From Octopus sinensis (taxonomy: Eukaryota), in assembly GCF_006345805.1 (NCBI RefSeq), contig NC_043016.1, forward strand, positions 1,984,001 to 2,048,000: 64,000 nucleotides of DNA. The letters run 5' to 3'. The translations under genes and the position numbers were made by a program. Below the pieces are notes generated by a model. It was not told the origin of the DNA and did no database searches. It saw only the letters and a list, made by a program, of their open reading frames with translations. Below are positions 1 through 13,116 of the stretch, piece by piece (within the stretch, counting starts at the first letter, position 1; each line of letters begins with the position of its first letter).

Positions 1-787
1 AGGGTCCATGTAGTTTCATGGTAAAAAAATGTTCAACTTCTTGCCTAGGGCGAGCCCATAGCAATATCATATCTTCTCCACTATTTCAGTATTACGTGTT
101 AAAAGTGAAACAAAAACATTTCTCTATTTTATGTCAGATACTTTCACTTTAACAATAAAAATTAGAGATTATAATAACAATTGAATTATATGTAGTAAGT
201 AATAATTAAAATCAAACTAAAGTATAATATAATCGTAACATAACAAAAGTAAAAATAGCAATTGGTATAAAATTGCATTAATGACTTGAACTTGAATAAG
301 TGGTTTCACATGAATGGAAATAAATTAAAAATAAAATTAGTGTGCAGAAATGGAATAGTCCAGATGGAGCTGTGCACATATCTTTTACCACGGCTTTTAC
401 ATTAGATTATCTGCTAATTAGCTAGCATTAAGTATCTATACGAAGTTTGGCTGTATGTAATGTCTGATTTCTCGAACAGCCGCTCCTACTGAGTACTGCT
501 GTTGGTTTATTTCTTATACATAAAGGACTATAGCTTCAACTGCGTACTGCTTTTTGATTCACCGTAAGGTTTGTTGTTATTATTATTACTGTTTAACTAT
601 TGTTATCACGATTGTTGGTTCCTCGAAAGGGAAACGTTGTTGTGTTGCATTTGTTAAATAATTTGAAACCGTAACCCTCCCCCTTTGGGAGAAGGAGCTT
701 TGGTTATTGTTTAAAAATTGAATTGTGTCCCTGTTTGGGGAAACTGACAATATTTTCACCGTTTATACGGAAGCATTTTTGTTAAAA

Positions 788-1280
788 TGCCTTCCATAGA
801 AGAAAGTCCAAAAATGAATTTGGCTGCAGCCGTCGGAGGGCGCGAACTCATTTAAGTTAAAGTGGAAGAAATACAAAACTATTTCGGATTGATCACCGAC
901 AAAGACGGTGAATCTAGGATAACACCACCAAACGAAATAAAAAATTAAATTAAAGAAAAGACTATTGTCTATAAAGTACACAATGTAGAGAATAAAAAAA
1001 AGATTTGAACACCTGGAGGAAAGCACCATCGAAACGTATCTTGGTGCGACTATGAAGATATCAAGTATCTAACCAGAGGCGGTAAATTCGCCACAAAAGA
1101 AGCAAGGTTCGAGTCAACGGAGCGTGCAAGGGAGTGCTCGACTCGAACCTTGCAGAAATATTTTATTTTTACCTTTATATCTGGGACGTAGGACGTCCCG
1201 GATAAAAATTTAAAATGTCCTCCCAGAAGTAGAGGTAGGCTGGATTGTAGGCACACTTCTATACAAGAGGGAGGCCAAGA
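788..1280 (+). mobile_element. Decayed coding remnant, possibly ORF1 of an L1/Tx1-type LINE
   Basis: Stop- and frameshift-interrupted reading (MPSIEESPKMNLAAAVGGREL..., DIKYLTRGGKFATKEARFESTERARECSTRTL..., YLGRRTSRIKI.NVLPEVEVGWIVGTLLY) in non-repetitive sequence. Family assignment is only a resemblance. Confidence 0.25.
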
Positions 1281-1459
1281 TACAATTGATCGAAATTGTA
1301 AGAGACGGGCCTACAATTCCAGTCTGTTATATACTTTGTATTGTTATCACTAGCGATATCAAGATAACTTTGTATTTGTATTTTATGTGTAGATGTATAA
1401 ATATAGATGTACTGTAATATGTACACATATATATATACATATATACATGCATTAGCACT

Positions 1460-1657
1460 ATGACCTGGCAACGACGGGTCATAATGCTAATATATATATA
1501 TATATATATTATACATATATACGACGGGCTTTCAGTTTCGTCTACCAAATCACTCACAAGGCTTTGGTCGGCCGAGGCTATAGTAGAAATCCCCTGCCCA
1601 AAATGCCACGCAGTGGGACTGAACTCGGAACCATGTGGTCGGTAAGCAACTACTTAT
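1460..1657 (-). mobile_element. tRNA-derived SINE family 1, fragment
   Basis: Reverse complement of the head ggtaag..ccacatggttccgagttcagtcccactgcgtggca...ggtagacgaaactgaaagcccgtcgt, which recurs many times in the window. Confidence 0.85.
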
Positions 1658-2125
1658 TTTCATAAATTTGTCATATAGACAGTACAAAGATTGTGTAGCT
1701 TTGCGGGCTGGACAAACACATTAATGAATGAAAATGAAATAGAATGAATAAATGAGGACGAAACCCAACACCCGCCGATTGGATTTTTTCTCGAAAACAT
1801 ATTTTATTAAAAAAAAATCAATATGAGGTTTCAAACCTCTTACAAGAAGGAGGCACTAAACCTCTTACTTTACATGTTTTTTTTTCCACCATTGAGTTTA
1901 TAACCACTACAAAAAAGCAATAACAATAAGATGAGGTTTCAAACCCTCTACTAGGCTTTTTCACCTCCTACTCATCGATATATCCACGATTGTTGCGCGC
2001 CTTCTCCTTTTTTTCCTTTTTGAGTTGAGGAGGCGCGCACACACACACACACTCGCTCTTTCTCTGTCGCTTTCTCTCTCTTTTCCCTTCTTGTGCGCAC
2101 GCGCACACATACACACACTCACACT

Positions 2126-2158
<33 letters not shown>

Positions 2159-2179
2159 GTGCTCATGTTTGTACCCCTC

Positions 2180-2365
2180 CACCGCTAGACAACCGGCGTT
2201 GGTTTGCTAAGTCCCATTAACATAGCGGTCCGGCAAAGCTGTCGATAGAATTAGTAACAGACCTAGAATATACACTGGGATCGATCTGTTCGACTAATTA
2301 TACAAGGTAGTGCTCCAGTATGGCCGCATTACAATGACTAAAACAAGTAAAACAGTAAAAGAATA
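2180..2365 (+). mobile_element. SINE family 1, 3' half
   Basis: gacaaccggcgttggt...gtgctccagtatggccgcattacaatgactaaaacaagtaaaa tail, shared with other copies. Confidence 0.75.
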
Positions 2366-2446
2366 GGGATCATCAATTCATTCTAAAATCTGTAACAACG
2401 TTAAGAAATACTCCGCTGAAGAGATTCTATAAGACTGAACATTATA

Positions 2447-2795
2447 GGCTCAGGCATGGCTGAACAGTAAGAAGCTTGCTTCTTAACTATATAGCCTTGG
2501 GTTCAGTACCACTGCGTGACACCTTGGCCAGGTGTCTTCTACTATAGCCTTGGGCTGACCAAAGCCCTGTGAGTGGATTTGGTAAACGGAAACTGAAAGA
2601 AGACCGTTGGGTACATGTGTGTGTGTTTATGTATGTGTCCCTGTCTTTGTCTTTGTCACCCACCACTGCTTGACAACCGTGTGAGTGTGTTTACGCCCCT
2701 GCAACTTAGCTGTTCAGCAAAAGCGATCAATAGAGTAGAAAAGTAACAGGCTTAACAAAAACGCAAATACTGGAGTTGATTCATTAGACTAAAAT
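2447..2795 (+). mobile_element. SINE family 1
   Basis: tRNA-like head (tggctgaacagtaag...gggttcagtaccactgcg; B box GGTTCAGT), internal (TG)n and body shared with the other copies. Confidence 0.85.
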
Positions 2796-2810
2796 TAGAC
2801 AATAATATAT

Positions 2811-2842
<32 letters not shown>

Positions 2843-2871
2843 ATATTATTATATATATATATATATATATA

Positions 2872-3250
2872 TTCTTTTACTTGTTTCAGTCATTTGACTC
2901 CGGCTATGCAGGAGCACCACCTTTAGTCGAACTAAATTTTGTAAGGACTAAATTTTTGTAAGCCTAGTACTTATTCTATCGCTCTCTTTTGCCGAAAGGC
3001 TAAGTTACACGCCAACATCGGTTGTCAAGCGATGGTGGTGGGGTGACAAACATAAACACAAATAACAAACACATACACATATATATACGACGGGCTTCTT
3101 TCAGTTTCCGTCTACAAATCCACTCACAAGGCTTTGGTCGGCCCGAAGCTATAGTAGAAAACACTTGCCCAAGGTGCCACGCAATGGGCCTGAAACTGGA
3201 ACCATGTGGTTGGTAAGCAAGCTTCTTACCACACAGCCACTCCTGCGCCT
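2872..3250 (-). mobile_element. SINE family 1, near full length
   Basis: Minus strand runs from ggcgcaggagtggctgtgtggtaagaagc (A box) to the tail ...agtcaaatgactgaaacaagtaaaagaa. Confidence 0.9.
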
Positions 3251-3375
3251 ATAAATGAAAGGAAGATTCGACCTCGGCCGAATTTGAATTCAGGACATAA
3301 AGACAGAAGAAATGCCGTTCATCATTTTTCTGGCATGTGAACGATTCGACCGGCTCGCTCACCATATATATATTG

Positions 3376-3637
3376 CGGAGATGTACTTGCATAGCAGGTG
3401 ATCTGATCTGAGATCGTGTGCTGAAACAAAAACAACTGCAGCGTGGAATCCATTCAAAAACACATGAAGAACCGTTTGATTCACTTTAACATTTCAAATT
3501 TAATTTGTCAAAATATTTTCGTCGCTCTGAGACCGCGACCTGTTCACTGACAAAATTCCGTACTGAAGTGAATCTAACGGTTTTTTTATGTGTTTTCAAA
3601 TGGCTTATAAACACCTTCAACGCTGCAGTTGTTTTTG
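3376..3637. mobile_element. Small fold-back element with hammerhead-like motif (probably Penelope-like-derived)
   Basis: Inverted arms 3427-3486 / 3566-3637 (caaaaacaactgcagcgt...gattcactt / aagtgaatc...acgctgcagttgtttttg). Related pieces at ~53560-53625 and ~54500-54590. Confidence 0.65.
3504..3554 (-). ncRNA. Minimal type-I hammerhead ribozyme motif, G3:C8 core variant
   Basis: UUUGUCA-GUGAACA-G-GUCGC(ggucucaga)GCGAC-GAAA-AUAU-UU-UGACAAA: 7-bp stem I, 5-bp stem II, palindromic stem III. Confidence 0.6.
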
Positions 3638-4149
3638 TATATATGAGGATGAGAGATTGGCAGGTGAACTGACATCGGGCTACCAAATTCACCTGCAAAT
3701 TAATGGTCGTGTCGGTATTGCAGTAACAAACAGTTGCACGGGGTTTGCCGCACAATGGGATTGAACTCCAAACCATGCATGCGGATTGTGGATTGTGAAC
3801 GACTTGACGACGGTGTAAATGGCGAAAACTGAAGGTTGGAATTTATGGAACCGATAAAAGAAAATATCAATACAAGTGTGTTATTTCATTCGATCTCTAT
3901 CAGTCCTCCTGCCCTTCACGACTTGGGCTTTCGAGGAATGAGCTTATAAAGTTGGGGATGTGTTACCGGGAGTGGGGTGGGGGTACATGTGGTGGTGGAA
4001 GGAGCAGTGTCTGAAACTGCCATAGGAATTGGTTCAGCAGTACTTTTCACAGCTACTTCCGGTCCAGGTAGGTAGTGGGTGGAAATGTGATCCTGTATCG
4101 ACTGCATAACTAGTTTTCTGAGGGCTGAGTTCCCACTCTGGCAATAGTA

Positions 4150-4870
4150 TTTGGTGGTGGTGGCGGTGGGGTGGTGGTGGCGGTGGGGTGGTGGTGGCGG
4201 TGGGGTGGTGGTAGCGGTGGGGGGTGGTGGCGGAAAGAAGCTGTGGTGGGGGAGCTGAGTTGTTGTTGTTGGAAATGGTGACAATGGTGGAGCTGGAGTC
4301 GAATGCGACGGTGGTGGTGATGGGGGTAGCGGCGGCGACGGCGGTGCTGGTCGGTTTTAGGGGTTGCGTTGGTGGTGGTTTTTACAAGTGATGGTAGTGA
4401 TGTTGCCTCACGAGTCGGTGCTAAGTGGTTGTGATGGCGTTGGTGGTAATTGTGGTGGTGGAGATGGTGGTGGTCGCTCGTGTATAGAATGGGTAGAATG
4501 GGTTCCAGTGGTCTTAGTACTGGTGGTAGCTGACGTGTTAATGGTCATGATGGCACTAGCCATAGTATTAATGAGAAAGAGAGAAAGAAAGAGACGGTGA
4601 GGGATGGCGATAACAGATTGATGGGGGTGGAACAGGCAGTGCTCGTGGCGTGGTATTGATGGGGCGGTGGTGGTGGTGGTGGTGGTGGTGGTGTTGGTGG
4701 TGATAGTGGTGCTTTAGGGATAGTGGTGGTGAGGGAGCGGTGAAACGTCTACGGTGCCGGCATTATGGATGATGATGTTGCTGATGTTGTCGGTGGTGGT
4801 GGTAGTGGTGGTGGTGGTGGTGGTACTGATGGTATTGGTGGTGGCTGTGGTGGCGGGGCTGGGGGGGGAC
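4150..4870 (+). repeat. Degenerate (GGT)n simple-repeat tract
   Basis: Long GGT/GGC/GAT triplet runs, followed by a (CAA/CAG)-rich tract at ~5010-5110. Confidence 0.9.
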
Positions 4871-5634
4871 ACGCAGGGCCGGGGGTCGGGGTCGGCGGAG
4901 AGGTGTTGGTGTTTAATCTCCACTTTTAATTCAATTGACAGTCATAAGCTTTCTTTACGGCAGTCCCAAAGCACCAATCACTACCATTCACATCACTGCC
5001 ATCACTCAGCAACAGCAACAACAAACTCAGCAGAGGCAACAACAACAGCAACAACAACCACAAAACCAACGGCAACACGAAAAACAGCAACAATATCGAT
5101 AGCAACAACATTGACGAATATCACAACACAAATGCACAAACATTAACATTCATATAAATATAGGTTACAATGATCATAGGCTCAAATATCTACACACATG
5201 TGTGTATGAATGCGTGTGTGTATGTACGTGTGTATAATGTATGTGTGTTTGTATGTGTGTATGTATGTATGTATGTATGTATGTATGTATGTATGTATGT
5301 ATGTATGTATGTATGTTAGAGTGAGTGTCTGTATTGAATGCATGTATACATGTCCGCGTCAGTTGTATCTTTATCTTATATATATATATATCAAGATAAA
5401 GATGTGTATATGAACATGTGTGTATATGTATTCATAAATACTTACATATGCACACGCACACACACATATAGATAAATACATACATGCATACATACATACA
5501 TACATACATACATGTAGATAGATAGATAGATAGATAGATTGATAGATAGATAGATAAACCACACACACATATACATATACATGTTTGCGTATGTGCGTGT
5601 ATTCATATATACGTGTGTGTATGTGTATATGCTT

Positions 5635-5673
<39 letters not shown>

Positions 5674-6458
5674 TATAGATATATATATATATAATATTAG
5701 GCATATAAACATACATATACATGTATATATAACACAAACGCACACATCTATTTAACTGTTCATCTATTAGTCTATCTACCTATCTAGTTATCTTTCTCTC
5801 TCCTCCGCACTCTCTCCCTATTTCTCTCTATCTTTCTTTCTCTCCTCTCTCTATCTATCTACTTATCTATCTATATATCTATATAGATATATATATATAT
5901 GCATACATACATTGAAGAAAGAAAATACGAGATAACATTACGATGTTAGTTTGTGCATGTGTATGATGTGTATGTGTGTAAGAGAGAGAGAGAAAGTGAA
6001 TGAGAGGAGAAAGAGAGAGAGAGAGAGAGAGCTATGTGTGTCTAAAGAGTGAGTGAGAGCGGGAGAGAGAGAGAGAGAGAGAGAGAAGAGAGAAGGTAAG
6101 GGTAGGACAAAAGAGATCAATGAACACGAGACATTTTCAGACCAGCTTCGTAATCTCAAAGAGACTTTTTTTTTATTTCCTCAGACATAAACACCATATG
6201 GTATATACACCGTATATACACAGAGTATACCATGTACAGCACATGCAAAATACATTAATAGTGAATTATCTCGTTGGTTTTATTCGGATTTAGAAGGATA
6301 TACCCTTTCGTTGACATTTCTCGATAGATTAAAGTACTCTGTCTCTCTTTCTCTCTCAAAGGCACACCCCAACACCCGACTCTGGAAACACACACCATAC
6401 ACATAGGCACACACAGACACTACGCATATGTATACATATACGTGTATATATATGTGTA

Positions 6459-6505
<47 letters not shown>

Positions 6506-6836
6506 GTCTATATATGCATATATAATATACGTACATCTGTATACATATAATATATCAAATACGCACACACACACACACAAATATATGCATATATATAAAC
6601 AAATATATATACATATATACATGTTATATATATACACAAACGCATATATGTATATTTACATATGTACACATATACATGATCTGTGAAAAACATATGCTAT
6701 TGACTTTAATATTATCATATATATCTATATATATATATGTGAGCATATATATTTATATATTTGTATATCATGTATGTTTATTTATATAGATTTGTATATC
6801 TGTATATGTATGAACATACAAACATTTACACATTGC

Positions 6837-6873
<37 letters not shown>

Positions 6874-7889
6874 GAACATGTATAACCAGCCATATACGTG
6901 CACACATGCGTACATAGTAATGTCAAAATTATAAACCGATTCAAATGACACCCCCTACCCCTCCCTTAACTCCGGCATATACATAAATACGTATATGCAA
7001 AAACGGTACATGCCTTTTAGTCTGTATAAATACATATGTGTCTGAAAGAGCGTGCATATATAAGTACACACACACATATTATATATATATATTATATATA
7101 CACGCACCACACATATGTACATATTTAAAGTATAAATACGCATTTATATGTGTATATCTGTGTGTATATATATATATATATGCACATAATGTATTTATGT
7201 GTTTACGTGTGTGTGTGTGTGTGTGTGGTATATATATATATATATTATATATAATATATATATATATACACGCACATAAAATCCATATGCACACACCACA
7301 CACACACACACACACACATAGACTATCGCTCACACACACACGTAGACACCCACACACGCGCATACACACACACACACATAGACTATCGCTCACACACACA
7401 CGTAGACACCCACACACGCGCATACACACACACACACATACTCATAGTACCTTCGACCTAAATTCCAAGAGAAAGTATGAATTTCATTCTGATGTATGGA
7501 AAATCTCAAGTACTCGGTGGTTGTGCATGTACATATGTGGCATCTGTATATACGCTTATTGCTAAGCGAATTTGAATGCACTTATACACACACACACACA
7601 CACACACACGCACAATAATAAAAATATTTGAGAGCATTATATACATATATAAATAATTACGCTTCTGTTTGATTTTTATGCATATAACACATACACATGC
7701 TTTTATCTTTTTATTCTTTTATACGTTTAATCCCAAAGTATGTGGCCATGCTGGAGCAGTAACGTTGGCATCGCCTTTTCAGTGGACATTCTTATGCGAC
7801 TGGCTTTTGATGGAGGAGGGATTTCGTCACAACTGCCCACTTTTCACCTGCTTTTCGTGATAGAGGTTCATCTGGTACAAAGTAGATAT

Positions 7890-8892
7890 ATACATTCATG
7901 CATACATACATGCATGCATACATGCATACATACATACATGCATGCATACATACATATATACATGCATGCATACATACATACATACATACATACATACATA
8001 CATACATACATACATACATAATACATACTACATACATACATACATAATAGATACTATACATACATAGATACATACATAAAACACATAATACATACATACA
8101 CACATACGCGCATCCAGCATGCATACATACATGCATACTTACATACATACATACATACATACATACACATACACGCATACATACATACATACATACATAC
8201 ATACATACATACATACACATACATACATACATACATACATACATACATACATACGTACATACATACACACATACATACATACATACATACACACATACAC
8301 ACACACATGCATGCATACATACATACACACAAACTTACATACATACATACATACCTACACACATACATACATACATAAATGCATACATACATACATACAT
8401 ACATTCATACATACATTCATACATACATACATACATACAAACATACATTCATACATACATACATACGTACGTACTACATACATACATACATACATACATA
8501 CACACTACACACACACATGCATGCATACATACATACACACAAACTTACATACATACATACATACCTACACACATACATACATACATAAATGCATACATAC
8601 ATATACATACTTACATACATACATGCATAATACATACATACATACATACATACATACATACATACATACGCACATACATACATACATACATACATACATA
8701 CATAAATACATACATACATACATACATGCATACATACATACATACATACATAAATACATACATACATACATACATGCATACATACATACATACATACATA
8801 CATACATACATACATACATACATACATACATACATACATACATGCATACATACATACATACATATATACATACAAACATACATACGTACATA
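7890..8892 (+). repeat. (CATA)n microsatellite, ~1 kb
   Basis: Direct inspection. Contains an internal ~90-bp block repeated at 8301 and 8511. Confidence 0.97.
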
Positions 8893-10020
8893 CAGGGTGC
8901 AGTGAATAAGATTTCCCCTAAATTACACAAAGTTGAAAATAACATTGACTTTTTCCAAACAACTTGCACATGCAGGTGCTACCAGTCGAAAGCCCTACAT
9001 ACCGGAAGGCAGCAAGTGTATGGGGTCATCAGGAGAGATTGCACGCCATTTCGGGGCCTACCTCTCGACGGCATCAATGCGCACCGCCCCGACCACCACA
9101 TCAGTGACATGAAGTCCCACTTGCTAGATCAGTTGCTTATTAGGTTTCGCTCAGTATTCTTCTAGCCATTGCTCATTGTCTCTTTTTAACCAAATCCAGT
9201 GGCTAGCCTTCTCCACTGTAGTTTGAATATCGCTCATTTTAATAGATAAATTTACCAAAATTACATAAAAATATCCTGAAATACTAAAGAGAAACTTTAT
9301 TCAATAAAAAGGCCATTCGTTTCAACCACGGCCTCCAGACGATTTCAGAAGCTCTTCTAGACAGCCTCCTTGTTTAAGTTGGTGAATGCTGCCATAATCC
9401 TTGCCTTCAGTTCATCCTTGGGGTTACAAGGACTTTTGTTGGTTTCTCACTCAACTGTGCCCCACACATTATAATCAAGGGAGTTGCAGTCTGGAGAGTT
9501 TGGTGGCCAGATGTTAGGGGTGATGTGTTCGCAGAAATTGTCTGACAGCCTGTGTGGCATGGTGTAGAGTTGCCAGACATAGGGTCTTCCAGCAGCCACC
9601 CTCTTAACCCAAGGCAGCACTACTTCCACCATGGCACTTGATGTAGGCCTCCATGTTGAGTCTGAGGCTGTGTAAAAAGACGAGTGGAAGCATAATGACG
9701 CCATCGCTAGTGATCACTTCACACACCATGATGTTGACTGGATGTTTGATTTTTATCACTCTCAGTAAATGTCCTCAGATTGCGCTGCCCTCAGACTGAC
9801 ACCCAAACACTCTGAAATGTTCGTATTGGAGCTTCCAGCGCGAATGCCAAGTAATGCAACATGTCGTTTCCAAATTACGTCATGGTGCTGTTTTCTCACG
9901 AGCGGTGTCCAACTCACCCTACTGTACTGTGTAATCGACAAAATGAAAAACAAAACAATGCGCATGCGCATGCGCGAATTAAGAAATATTAGATGGCGAT
10001 GATTTACCCATCGCACGCTG
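8893..10020 (-). mobile_element. Decayed, internally deleted Tc1/mariner element (maT/DD37D-like)
   Basis: Transposase C-terminal motifs GRPYVWQ...SDNFCEHITPNIWPPNSPDCNSLDYNVWGTVE; degenerate TIRs TA|cagggtgcagtgaataa and ttacccatcgcacgctg. Confidence 0.8.
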
Positions 10021-10392
10021 TGTATGTGTGTATATTTATATATATATATCTGTATATATATTGTGTGGTGTGTGTGTATGTGTGTATATATATATATAGA
10101 AGTAACAGAGTGACTGAAGTTCCGAGAGTGCCGTGTGTTGATACTTATTAAACTAGACATAGGTCAAAGGCCTGTGAGTCTATATAGCTGCTGATAAATA
10201 AATATATTTCCCTATGGAATGTTCTAGAACGAATTACAATAATGCCACGTGGATAATTCGAAAAGTCTGTCTATTGTGTCGTTGAATGAGCAATTGCATA
10301 GATGAAGAAGGAAAGAAAGAAAGATGGGAAAAAAAGACAAAAGAAATCTTGTGCGTGTCACCGCACTCACATATACACACAAACATAGACAC

Positions 10393-10720
10393 AGGCGTCG
10401 CTGTGTGGTAAGAAGCTTGCTTCCTAACCACATGGTTCCGGGTTAAGTCCCACTGCATGACGCCTTGGGCAAGAGTGTTCTACTAGACTTTCGAGCCGAC
10501 CAAAGCCTTGTGAGTGGACTTGGTAGACGGAAATTGAAAAGAGCCCGTCATATATATCTGGTGGAGGGTTGTATATTTGTTTATGTCTTTATCTCTCTAC
10601 CCACCATCGCTTGACAACCGGTGTTGGCGTATTCACGTCCCCGTAACTTAGCTAACATTCCTGGACTAAAGGCGATGCTCCAGCATGGCCGCAATCAAAT
10701 GACTGAAAGAAGAGAATAAA
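10393..10720 (+). mobile_element. SINE family 1
   Basis: Head gctgtgtggtaagaagcttgcttcctaaccacatggttccgggttaagtcccactgc; tail gctccagcatggccgcaatcaaatgactgaaa. Confidence 0.9.
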
Positions 10721-10871
10721 TAAAAATAAAAAAAATAATACACATATACGCGGACACACGTATTCATGCACACATACAGTACATACATACACATATACGC
10801 ACACACATATGCATATACATATATACATATATACAAAGACATGCACAAATATATATATATATACATATTAT

Positions 10872-11279
10872 AGGGAAACCACTATGTGGACACCCTTATG
10901 CTAGAAATAGATCCCCTATGGTCTTACCACTAAGAAATGTTCTCAAGAAAAATTTAGCAAAACAACCAAATCGTAATCGAGCAAGACAAAAGAAAAAGCA
11001 ATAAAAATATGGATTATTTGCATACACATTTTACTATTAACATATTACGTAATTTTACTTACATATGTCTGTAGATCATCGGTGTGACCGTCCAGATAAA
11101 TATAATTTTCAGGACTGCATACTAGGACGACCGCACAAAGTCAGACTCGTAAAACAGACTTTTGTCTTGCTCGATTACGTTTTGGTTGTTTGGCTAAATT
11201 TTTCTTGAGAACATTTCTTAGTGGTAAGACCATAGCGGATCTATTTCTAGCATAAGGGTGTCCACATATTGGTTTCCCT
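10872..11279. repeat. Fold-back element, ~120-bp inverted arms
   Basis: 10872-10992 (agggaaaccactatgtggacaccctt...gagcaagacaaaag) is the near-exact reverse complement of 11159-11279; TA-rich flanks. Confidence 0.9.
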
Positions 11280-11394
11280 CTGATATGTATATAATACAAT
11301 TTTACTGAACCTTCAGTTTTTTTATATGCTAGACCACTGGTGTGAAATCGATTTTAATTAAATTAATATCTAATTTCTCACCCTTATTTTAATT

Positions 11395-11433
<39 letters not shown>

Positions 11434-11462
11434 ATTTAAACATATACATACACACAAACATA

Positions 11463-11526
<64 letters not shown>

Positions 11527-11562
11527 TAATATATATATGGATGAATGAATTATCCTAAGATC

Positions 11563-11700
11563 AAGAATTCTATATACCAATGTAAAATTTCTACTTCTAC
11601 GTACGTAATGTAAAATGTCTACTTCTACGTTGGTGCATCCTCTTCCCAGTTATCTAAGAGAATTTCAAATCATTAGTCTTCATTTAGGGATAGCAGTAAA
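11563..11700 (+). mobile_element. GIY-YIG endonuclease fragment of a Penelope-like element
   Basis: In-frame KNSIYQCKIST...YFYVGASSSQLSKRISNH*SSFRD shows the xIY...YVG...R..NH pattern; two stops. Confidence 0.65.
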
Positions 11701-12330
11701 TTGTTTGGTATCTTAAAGACAACAATAATGATTTTAAGTTAGATTGCTTCATCCTGTCCATATCTTTCCCTTATAAGGGTAAAGGATTTTGTAACATTTG
11801 CAACTCTGGATTCTTCCTTATTCTCTTCTCTTCTCTTTATAAATCACCTTGTTAACACACTTATAATGTAAGCACTGGCAGAAACATGCTTTCAGCTCAT
11901 ATAAGTGATTTATACCAGTCTTTATAGTTTGAACATTTAGTTCACCTTGCACTTTACTTCAATAGAGAAATCTACTTCTATGCCTTTGAACATTTTTTCA
12001 ACCAATATATCCCTCTTTATTTGTTCTCTACTTATTATTTCTTTAACCCTTCTATTTCAAGTATCTGCCTTTGACGTCGAATCTACTAACGGCTTTTTTA
12101 AATAATTAATAGCGTTCTGTTTATCATTTATGCAGTCATCAAAATTGTTATAATGTCTTGTTGTTGAGATAGGTTCTCTGTCTTTCCTGATGAGAAGATT
12201 GCATTTTACACCGTTTATTCCTTGGAATAAAACCAATGTTGTCTTCGAAACATATGTCGAAAGTAAAAGAATTTGAATAGCATCTGCGTTCAACTCCATT
12301 TATTTACTTATATATATATTATATTATAAT

Positions 12331-12362
<32 letters not shown>

Positions 12363-12594
12363 ATATACATATACATATATATACAGTGTATATAGTACAC
12401 ACAGGCCCTTGCGCACGTACATATTATATACACACATGTATATACACACATACACACACACACATATACACATACTCATACTTATACATATGCATATACA
12501 TGCATTTACGGGTGTGTGTATATATAAATATATATATAACGGGAAAGTTTACGAAAATAAACAAAAGGCACGCATAAGTGGATTGGTTACAACC

Positions 12595-13116
12595 CTAGCA
12601 TAGGTCACAATGTTACGGTCACACTTGCGTTTGCCGAGTCTTCTCAGCACAGCATATTTCCACAGGTCTCGGTAACTAGTCATTGCCTCGGTGAGGCCCA
12701 ATGTTTGATGGTCATGCTTCACCACCTCATCCCAGGTCTTCCTGGGTCGGCCTCTTCCACGGGTTCCCTCAACTGCTAGTGTTTGACACTTTTTCATACA
12801 GCTATCCACATCCATTCCCGCTACATGACCATACCAGCGCAGTCGTCTCTCTTGCACGCCACGTCTGATGCTTCTTAGGTCCAACCTTTCTCTCAGGGCA
12901 CTAACACTCTGTCGAGTATGCCCACTGACATTACACATCCATCGGATTATGCTAGCTTCATTCCTTGCGAGCTTACGCATGTCCTCAGCAGTCACGGCCC
13001 ATGTAGCATGGCTGTTCGTACACATGCGTCGTACAGTCTACCTTTTACTCTGAGCGAGAGCCCCTTTGTCACCAGCAGAGGTAAGAGCTCTCTGAACTTA
13101 GCCCAGGCTCGTACTC
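12595..13116 (-). mobile_element. RTE-clade LINE, 5'-truncated 3' fragment
   Basis: RAWAKFRELLPLL..KGRLYDACVRTAMLHG..TWA..RRLRWYGHV..GTRGRGRPRKTW is the typical RTE ORF C-terminus. Confidence 0.9.

Noticed and set aside
3916-4284. Pro/Thr-rich minus-strand ORF with a unique C-terminal half (possible terminal exon)
   Set aside because: The N-terminal half is a (CCA)n repeat; no clear splice acceptor or recognisable domain.
7305-7430. 60-bp perfect tandem duplicate; also a ~33-bp tandem at 27088-27180
   Set aside because: Ordinary slippage within simple-repeat DNA.
8985-9035. Minus-strand CUGAUGA followed by a hairpin
   Set aside because: The hairpin is followed by CUUUCG, not GAAA; no stem III or cleavage triplet.
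7792-9165. Long ORFs (up to 348 aa) of HTYI/MYVC repeats, also at 18235-19246, 42155-42860 and 53789-54336
   Set aside because: Translations of (CATA)n/(TATG)n microsatellites, which lack stops by construction.
11710-12300. Minus-strand decayed ORF adjoining the GIY-YIG fragment
   Set aside because: No recognisable motif; cannot be assigned without a search.
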